A stretch of 17,390 nt of DNA from assembly GCA_038891515.1 (NCBI GenBank), contig JAWAEB010000032.1, positions 1-17,390 on the forward strand, written 5' to 3'. The translations under genes and the position numbers were made by a program. Below, piece after piece: positions 7,956-13,910 of the stretch (its first letter is position 1; every line of letters begins with the position of its first letter). The notes under the pieces were generated by a model. That model did no database searches. It saw only the letters and a list, made by a program, of their open reading frames with translations, and had not been told where the DNA came from. The stretch comes from Nitrososphaerota archaeon (lineage in GTDB: Archaea > Thermoproteota > Nitrososphaeria_A > Caldarchaeales > Caldarchaeaceae).

Positions 7956-8182
7956 CACAGCAAAATGATGGACTGGACTACATATACTATGGCGCTATAG
8001 CACTTCTGGCTGCGGGCCTACTCCTATTCATCGGGTTCATAGCCGCCGCCGCAGGCGGTGGAGTGACTGCCGCCGTTCTCAGCGTGTTGGGCGGCTTCGC
8101 CTTGCTGGCCTTTGGTGGGCTCTGGTCCTATGGGTTCATGTTACACAGGTTGCATGTGAGGCAGTATTTGGTTAGACGCTAG
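7952..8182 (+). CDS. Small 2-TM glycine-zipper-like membrane protein (paralog B, lacks the Pro tail)
   Basis: Its start overlaps the stop of paralog A (ATGA at 7952-7955). It shares DGLDYIYYGAIA...VLGG.A.L..GGLW..GF with paralog A. Confidence 0.7.
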   Translation: MTQQNDGLDYIYYGAIALLAAGLLLFIGFIAAAAGGGVTAAVLSVLGGFALLAFGGLWSYGFMLHRLHVRQYLVRR

Positions 8183-9315
8183 CGGCTCTCCCTAGGAGCA
8201 TATCCATGGCCGTATCCCCAGAAATACTCATCCACAAGCGCTTCTCTAGCCATCTTGCTGAGATGGTATACGAGGACAGGCCCCCAGATGAACACCACTA
8301 TGAGGGCTATTGTGCCGAGGAGATCGGCTATGGTGTTCCATAACATGTGGGTGAATGCCGAGAAGGCGAGGGCCGGTAGTAGGGCTGAGAAACGGAGGGC
8401 CAGCCCATGAACCTTGAGGTAGCCCATCCAATATCCTATTAGGCCGGTGGTGAACATGTGCATGGACATGGTTATTATCCTCACAGGTATTATGAGGGGT
8501 GCAGCCTCTAGGCTTCTAGCTATGTAGAGTATGTTCTCTCCGAAGGCGAATCCAAGTCCTGCAGCGGCCCCATACAATAGGCCGTCCAGATGGTCGTTGA
8601 ACTCTGACCTTAGCTTGGGGCTTGTGGCTATCAGGTATACGCCCAGAATCTTGATGGGTTCTTCTGTGAAGCCTGCCAGCCCGGACCACCCCACCGTTCC
8701 TATAAGAAGGTTGTTGATGATTATCGCTGGAAGGATGGAGAATACACCCCATCCCCAAGCAAGGGCTACAAGCCAAACCGGCTCCGGCTCCAGCCTGTCA
8801 TTCATCCTCATCCATGCTAGGAAGGCCATGGCCGGTAGTAGGGCTGCGACTATCGAGGCAGGTAACATGGCAGCGAGGCCCTGTAAGTCCAGGACAATAG
8901 AGGCTGTGGCGAGACCTAGGAAGAAGATGATTAAGGCCAAGGTCAAGTAGTGGCCGGCGCTCGCTATTGTCTGGAGCCCTAACCTCTCATAAACAGCAGG
9001 TGATGCCCTGTATATCGGCCCCCTCTTCTTGGTGAGGAGCCTGTAGAGCAGCATCACATCGGCCAGCCCCCCTCTAGGCCTCGTGGACGGGTCTGTGTGG
9101 TACTGCCCCATGGTCATGGATGGGACGTAGCTGGTGAGCTTCTGCCTCTGTATTGGATATCCGCATCTTGGACATGCGTTCAGGTGGGCTGGGATTTGGC
9201 TTCGGCAGTTAGGGCATAGAACTTGAGTCAGTGGTGCTCCACATCTGAAGCAGTAGAGGCTGTTGGGCTGGTTAACAAAACTACATGAATGGCATGTGAT
9301 GGCTGACATAGCCAC
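8179..9315 (-). CDS. PrsW-family intramembrane protease with N-terminal double zinc ribbon
   Basis: The N-terminus has two CxxC...CxxC knuckle pairs (CHSCSF..CFRCG; CPNCRS..CPRCG). The polytopic body carries PrsW-type motifs FTEEPIK, GLGFAFGENILY, MHMFTTGL and FTHMLWN. A TATA-like CTTTTATG sits about 34 nt upstream. Confidence 0.85.
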   Translation of the reverse strand: MAMSAITCHSCSFVNQPNSLYCFRCGAPLTQVLCPNCRSQIPAHLNACPRCGYPIQRQKLTSYVPSMTMGQYHTDPSTRPRGGLADVMLLYRLLTKKRGPIYRASPAVYERLGLQTIASAGHYLTLALIIFFLGLATASIVLDLQGLAAMLPASIVAALLPAMAFLAWMRMNDRLEPEPVWLVALAWGWGVFSILPAIIINNLLIGTVGWSGLAGFTEEPIKILGVYLIATSPKLRSEFNDHLDGLLYGAAAGLGFAFGENILYIARSLEAAPLIIPVRIITMSMHMFTTGLIGYWMGYLKVHGLALRFSALLPALAFSAFTHMLWNTIADLLGTIALIVVFIWGPVLVYHLSKMAREALVDEYFWGYGHGYAPRESR

Positions 9316-9362
9316 CTATCACACCGTGATTGGCCGCATAAAAGACTTCCGGTAACCAAAGG

Positions 9363-10038
9363 GGCACTGTCAACTAAGCTTTTCAAGATGGGTCTAAGGC
9401 CTGACAGTTACCCCTCTCTGCTGTGCATGCATTTGAATAGATAATTGAATCGTTCTCAAGACTGTTCAGAACCCACAGGTAAAACCCTGTCGAGAAGGTC
9501 TATACAGCAATATTATTTATTGGGGGGCTTAGTCTTGGGGATCTGTCTGAGAGGTACTGTCTGACCGGTGCTTCTGGGGGGAGTGTCAGGAGATGGATCC
9601 ACAAGCTAGGGATATTATTTAAGCCTGGGAGGATTGTTGTAGTAGACGAGACCGTTGAGAAGATAATAGATGTGGATTTTAGGGAGATAATGGCTGTCTA
9701 TGTGTCTAGGGGTAGATCAATAGGTACAGCCCTAGCATTCCTTGGAAGGGTCCTCGCTACATGTGATGGCAGACCTCTCATAGTCGTTGATAGGGGGTCC
9801 ATGGTATCCATGGGCCCTAAAACGCCTAGGAATAAACAATATCCACGAAACATTCGGTGAAAGGAACATTATAGAAAGATGGTTTAGGGAGCTGAAGGAA
9901 AGGACAGGGAGGTTCTACAACAACATAAACTCAAAGGTTGTTAAGAGCATGGAGGACATAGTGGCTGCGGTCGCACTGGTACACAACATGCTGCTAGGAA
10001 ACAAGAGAATAAGAGGTGTAATACCAAGTTGACAGTAC
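9363..10038 (+). mobile_element. Decayed IS6-family insertion sequence (copy 1)
   Basis: The left end GGCACTGTCAACTAAG (9363-) matches the GGCACTGT terminus characteristic of IS6/IS26-type elements. The right end is the imperfect inverse ...AAGTTGACAGTAC (to 10038). It is flanked by the imperfect direct repeat TAACCAAAGG (9353-9362) / TAACAAAGG (10039-10047). Internal transposase remnants are present. Confidence 0.7.
9427..10032 (+). pseudogene. IS6-family DDE transposase pseudogene (stops, frameshift, small deletion)
   Basis: ATGCATTTGAATAG gives an early stop. The later frames read VVVDETVEKI..DVDFREIMAVYVSRGRS...DGRPLIVVDRG and then, after a frameshift, PWYPWALKRLGI..HETFGERNIIERWFRELKERT. 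Compared with copy 2 it lacks the RLGERVYLWSA segment. Confidence 0.7.
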
Positions 10039-10053
10039 TAACAAAGGATGTGA

Positions 10054-11022
10054 CTACACTGCCCTCCTCCTCAAGGCCACAGTAACAAGTAGGATTCCTG
10101 AGATTATGAGTGAGAGATAGTATGATGCTATCCTCCATTGAATAACCGCCACCATTGAATCTATACCCGAGACCTTGCTGAGGTAAAGGTATACACCGGC
10201 CTCAGTGAGGCCTGAACCACCAACCGTAATCGGCAGAACGCCTAGAGCGTTTCCTGAGTGGAATGCATATAGACAGCTCAGGAAGCCACAACCGTCCAGC
10301 AGTTGAAGTATTGCCGCTGGCGCCGTCATAACAACTAATGTGGAGAGCAGCAGAAAAGTGTGGGCCGATATCCTGTGAGTGGATACCAGAGAGCCAACTA
10401 TCCTATCCATGTCCTCCGAGCCGTTTTTCAGGCTCCTTCTAACTTCGCTCGGTAGGGGTAGACGCTCAGCCACCCATCCAATCACACCGCCCAGCCATAC
10501 ACCACCCTTCACCAAGGTCACGAAGATGCATGTAGCGAGGAGTTGGATAAGCGATACAAGCAGTACAGGGACTGCCAGATAATATACATTGGCCAACATA
10601 GCGTTGAAGGCTGCGGCAACTGCTATGATTGACCCCACCCATGTATCCAGCAGCATCTCGGCGAATGATATCCAGAAGGCCTGACCAACCCTCTCCCCAC
10701 GCTCAACCAGCAGCCATGCTCTCGCAGCCTCGTCCGCCAAGAATGGAAGAGTTGTTAGGGCGAAGAATTCACTTGCGCCTCTCAGGGCAAACGAGTCACG
10801 GTATCGGATGCCGATTGTCGAGTATTTTCTCAGGAGGAGGTGGAGTCTGAATCCCTGCGCCGTGAATCTTACTAGGTTCAGCATGAGGGAGAAGAACAGT
10901 ATCAGTGGGGGTATTGCTAGAACATCCTCTATGGGTGTTTTAGAAACATTGATGACAAGCAGTGATATGGCGAAACCTAGGAAGACTCCCACTAGGGAGC
11001 TTCTGAGGTATCTATGCCTCAT
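10054..11022 (-). CDS. Polytopic membrane protein, probably flippase-like / LPG-synthase-TM (UPF0104, PF03706-like) family
   Basis: 322 aa with about 8 TM helices. The N-terminal arrangement (basic N-terminus, TM1, then LNLVRFTAQGFRLHLLL) resembles UPF0104 proteins. The assignment is by eye only. It overlaps the upstream methyltransferase by 11 nt. Confidence 0.5.
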   Translation of the reverse strand: MRHRYLRSSLVGVFLGFAISLLVINVSKTPIEDVLAIPPLILFFSLMLNLVRFTAQGFRLHLLLRKYSTIGIRYRDSFALRGASEFFALTTLPFLADEAARAWLLVERGERVGQAFWISFAEMLLDTWVGSIIAVAAAFNAMLANVYYLAVPVLLVSLIQLLATCIFVTLVKGGVWLGGVIGWVAERLPLPSEVRRSLKNGSEDMDRIVGSLVSTHRISAHTFLLLSTLVVMTAPAAILQLLDGCGFLSCLYAFHSGNALGVLPITVGGSGLTEAGVYLYLSKVSGIDSMVAVIQWRIASYYLSLIISGILLVTVALRRRAV

Positions 11023-11596
11023 ACCTCTTCACAGCCACGACGCAAATGGATTGCTGGATAGCTGTGAGATGCCGACTTCGTATATTGTTCAGCGGCCATA
11101 TTATATGCATGTGGAGAGGTATCCTAGCTAAGACATTCATACCATGCCTACGCAGCCTTCTCTCAAGCCCCATCCAAGTTAAGTGGTGGGCATGTGTTGG
11201 GTCTGCAAAGCTGTCATAGAGGCCGAACCCCATCGTGTTGGGTGTGAGAATCAAGAGGAGCCCATCCTTACGAAGCACCCTCACACATTCTCCGAGAGCC
11301 TTGTCGATGTCATGTACATGCTCCAGTACATCCAACATCAACACTCTGTCGAGGCAGCCTGACCTAATCGGCAAAGAAGTGGCTGAGCCTTGTATGTCGG
11401 GGGCAAGTTCCACATCCACACCCACATAAAGATCGCCATGACAATATGGGGCATAATGCTTATGTCCGCAGCCTACTTCCAGAACCCTAACAGCCCCCCG
11501 GGTAAAAGCTGACACGAGGCCAGCCTTGTACACCCTGAACCTGTGCGGGTCCAAGGGGCTTCTAAGAAGTGGCTGCAGTTGCAAGAGGAGCACCAC
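11012..11596 (-). CDS. Class I SAM-dependent methyltransferase (Methyltransf_11-like)
   Basis: Motif I VLEVGCGHK, then VGVDV, then RVLMLDVLEHVHD and LRKDGLLLILTPN. The apparent start is GTG at 11596, with no in-frame ATG nearby. Confidence 0.85.
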   Translation of the reverse strand: MVLLLQLQPLLRSPLDPHRFRVYKAGLVSAFTRGAVRVLEVGCGHKHYAPYCHGDLYVGVDVELAPDIQGSATSLPIRSGCLDRVLMLDVLEHVHDIDKALGECVRVLRKDGLLLILTPNTMGFGLYDSFADPTHAHHLTWMGLERRLRRHGMNVLARIPLHMHIIWPLNNIRSRHLTAIQQSICVVAVKRYEA

Positions 11597-11647
11597 CCTC
11601 CGCCATGGTCATGGGCAGGCGGCTGAATATTTATTAGCTTCTCCTCC

Positions 11648-12121
11648 ATGTCTTGTTTTGTGATGGGGCGAGCTGTTATCGCTGTGGTGCCTGTGATAGC
11701 GGTGGCAGCAGCGGCTGGTGTGATACTTTTTTGGGGTGGGCCTGTTCTCGAGGCTCATGATGTTGAGGTGAAGCTGGGTGTAGGCTCCGCAGCTGTCTTT
11801 CTCACAATACATAATCATGGGCTTTTGGGGGACTGCCTCACTGCTGTGAACGTGCTGGAACCTAGGGGGCTTTCAGCAGGACTACACCAGTCCGTCATAG
11901 ATGAGGGTGGTGTAATGAGGATGGTTAAGCTCGATAAGATATGTATAGGCGGTCTGAGTGAGGTGAAGCTAGCCGGGATAGAGGAAGGAGGGCTGCACAT
12001 CATGGTATTGGGCGGCACACATGATGTGAAAGAGCTGAAGATAGAGCTGGTCTTCGAGAGCGGCCGCAAGATACTCGTCCATGCGGTAGCTGGACAAGGC
12101 GGGGAAGAACACAACCACTAA
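11648..12121 (+). CDS. PCu(A)C-like (DUF461) copper chaperone with N-terminal membrane anchor or signal
   Basis: AAVFLTIHNHG...LTAV...LHQSVIDEGGVMRM......GGLHIMVLG resembles the PCuAC H...M...HxM copper-site pattern and beta-sandwich layout. It has a hydrophobic N-terminus. The start could instead be ATG 11663. Confidence 0.65.
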   Translation: MSCFVMGRAVIAVVPVIAVAAAAGVILFWGGPVLEAHDVEVKLGVGSAAVFLTIHNHGLLGDCLTAVNVLEPRGLSAGLHQSVIDEGGVMRMVKLDKICIGGLSEVKLAGIEEGGLHIMVLGGTHDVKELKIELVFESGRKILVHAVAGQGGEEHNH

Positions 12122-12149
12122 CAGGCGTCCAAACCGGATATATTCTGTC

Positions 12150-12245
12150 GGTTCTGTTAACTTAGGTATTACAATGCAGGGATTATCCCTTCTAAGGCTT
12201 AGAGCGATGAAATCTCCCTTACCATAATACCAAAGTTAACAGAAC
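12150..12245. mobile_element. MITE-like 96-bp element with 21-bp terminal inverted repeats and 10-bp flanking direct repeat
   Basis: 12151-12171 GTTCTGTTAACTTAGGTATTA matches the reverse complement of 12225-12245 at 20 of 21 positions. ATATTCTGTC is present flush on both sides (12140-12149 and 12246-12255). The terminus GGTTCTGTTAACTTAGG matches the IS6 terminus GGCACTGTCAACTTAAG at 13 of 17 positions. Confidence 0.6.
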
Positions 12246-12294
12246 ATATTCTGTCTCTGGAAAAGTTTATCAACCCCCTCAGCCGAATCACAGC

Positions 12295-12723
12295 ATGTCC
12301 GGTGTGCCTCGGGCCAAGCTCATAGGCATGCAGGTCTACAACCCCGACGGATACCTTGTCGGCACTGTTCAGGATGTGGAGCTACCCATCGGCAGCGGTG
12401 AGATAAGCCTACAGGTACTCACTAGACTGAATACGGTTGAGCGGGTGCCTTGGAGCAACATAGCTAACGTGGGTGATATAGCAATATTAAAGGAGAAGAT
12501 AGATATTAGAGCACCAGAGCCAGCTGCTCCTCAGCCATCACCAGCAGCAGGCGCGCCGCCGGTAGCGGGTTATCCCCAAGCTCCACCGCCCCAGCCTGGT
12601 GGAGTGCTTTCAAAGCTTCCCTTCGGGAAGAAGAAGCAGATATGTCCCACATGTGGTAGGGAACTATCTTGGATAGAACAGTATCAGAGATGGTACTGCT
12701 ACAACGAGGGTAAGTACGTCTAG
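12295..12723 (+). CDS. PRC-barrel domain protein with poly-Pro linker and C-terminal Cys-rich (zinc-ribbon-like) tail
   Basis: The N-terminal 70 aa fit the PRC-barrel pattern (AKLIGMQVYNPDGYLVGTVQDVELPIGSGEISLQVL). A Pro/Ala-rich linker occupies 12511-12600, and the tail ICPTCGRELSWIEQYQRWYCYNEGKYV* occupies 12640-12723. A TATA-like AAGTTTAT sits about 28 nt upstream of the ATG. Confidence 0.8.
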   Translation: MSGVPRAKLIGMQVYNPDGYLVGTVQDVELPIGSGEISLQVLTRLNTVERVPWSNIANVGDIAILKEKIDIRAPEPAAPQPSPAAGAPPVAGYPQAPPPQPGGVLSKLPFGKKKQICPTCGRELSWIEQYQRWYCYNEGKYV

Positions 12724-13910
12724 CCAAGGTGCGGTGAGATTAGAACCCCCTTCCTCACTAGCCTCTCCAACACCGCCCTTAGGTGGGGTTTAGCGGAGAA
12801 TCTGATATATAGATAGGTGGCTGTCATAGATATTGTGAGAAGTAGGTGGAAGACCAGTCCCAATAGGATGAGAGCAAGTAATAGGTCGCCGTCAGCAACA
12901 ACGAAGGTGAAGCTTATGGGTGCGAAGATGAAAGTGTATATCTCCACCATCTCTTCGGCGAGACTGTGGATGGCTGGCCGCATCATAACACGTCTAACAC
13001 TATCGAACATCCTCACGCCCAAATCCTCATAGAGCCATAGAACTGGCCCCACGTAGAGGGAGCCTGCCGCGATAGCCACGATTGAGGCTAGCGCCGCACC
13101 CGCAGTAGCAGCGAAGGGGTCACCCCCAAACAATTGTATGTTTAGAAGGTCCAGCACACTGGATACTGTGGTGGTCACACCCAGTCCGAAGGCCATCGGA
13201 TAGTATGAGCGGGAGACGACGTTCATGAGTGTAGTCTCCTCAGGGGACGGAGTCTCCACAGACATCAGCCTCACCCTAGTCCCCCCCTTCCCAACCCGTC
13301 TCATCAGCAGGTAGGTTGTGAAGCGGTCAGCCAGCATGTGCCAGAAGACCCATGTGATTATGGCGGGAAGGAGATACCTGACGTAGAAGCTCTGGGTGGA
13401 CGCTATGGGTAATAGTGGAATATAGAGGGCGGCTATGACCGCTATGTCTAGGTTATCCTCGTGTGGGTTAGGCGGTGGCCTGACACCATGCTTGGAGGCC
13501 CGCCTATTCACTATGATCCCCGATACTACACCTGCCAACATGAGGGCCGGCCCCACCGACCATGTGAGGGATAGTAGTGTTGCCGTCGGGATGAAGGATT
13601 CTGGAGTCCCCCAAAGGATTGATGTGGTGAAGGCTGATGTGGAGAGTATCAGGCCGCCTGAGGAGGGGTAGAGATACCACTTTCTCATGGGATGCAGTCC
13701 GCTGATGAGCCAGCCGAGTCCGAAGGCTGCGACAGCTGGGCCGAGGTCAAACTGTAGTATATAGATCAGTGATGAGAACCATGTGGCCAGCACCATGAGC
13801 AAACCAGTTCTAGCAGCATATTCTAGGGAAAAACCTAATGCGATAAGTATGGCACCAACCAGCATGATCGCTAGACCTGTCTTGGAGGATGGCTCAACCA
13901 CTCCTACCAC
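12720..13910 (-). CDS. Uncharacterised polytopic membrane protein (about 10 TM)
   Basis: 396-aa ORF, strongly hydrophobic, with a basic cytosolic loop (NRRASKHGVRPPPNPHED). The GTG start at 13910 overlaps the upstream gene by 7 nt; an alternative ATG lies at 13865. I recognise no family. Confidence 0.7.
   Translation of the reverse strand: MVGVVEPSSKTGLAIMLVGAILIALGFSLEYAARTGLLMVLATWFSSLIYILQFDLGPAVAAFGLGWLISGLHPMRKWYLYPSSGGLILSTSAFTTSILWGTPESFIPTATLLSLTWSVGPALMLAGVVSGIIVNRRASKHGVRPPPNPHEDNLDIAVIAALYIPLLPIASTQSFYVRYLLPAIITWVFWHMLADRFTTYLLMRRVGKGGTRVRLMSVETPSPEETTLMNVVSRSYYPMAFGLGVTTTVSSVLDLLNIQLFGGDPFAATAGAALASIVAIAAGSLYVGPVLWLYEDLGVRMFDSVRRVMMRPAIHSLAEEMVEIYTFIFAPISFTFVVADGDLLLALILLGLVFHLLLTISMTATYLYIRFSAKPHLRAVLERLVRKGVLISPHLG

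Noticed and set aside
8531-8950. 139-aa plus-strand ORF and other ORFs (8246-8431, 8516-8776) overlapping the PrsW gene
   Set aside because: They are antisense or alternative-frame shadows of the PrsW coding sequence, with Arg/Ser/Pro-rich nonsense-like composition. The same reasoning applies to 11815-12114, 12506-12727, 13435-13671, 14177-14425, 15024-15275 and 16199-16435.
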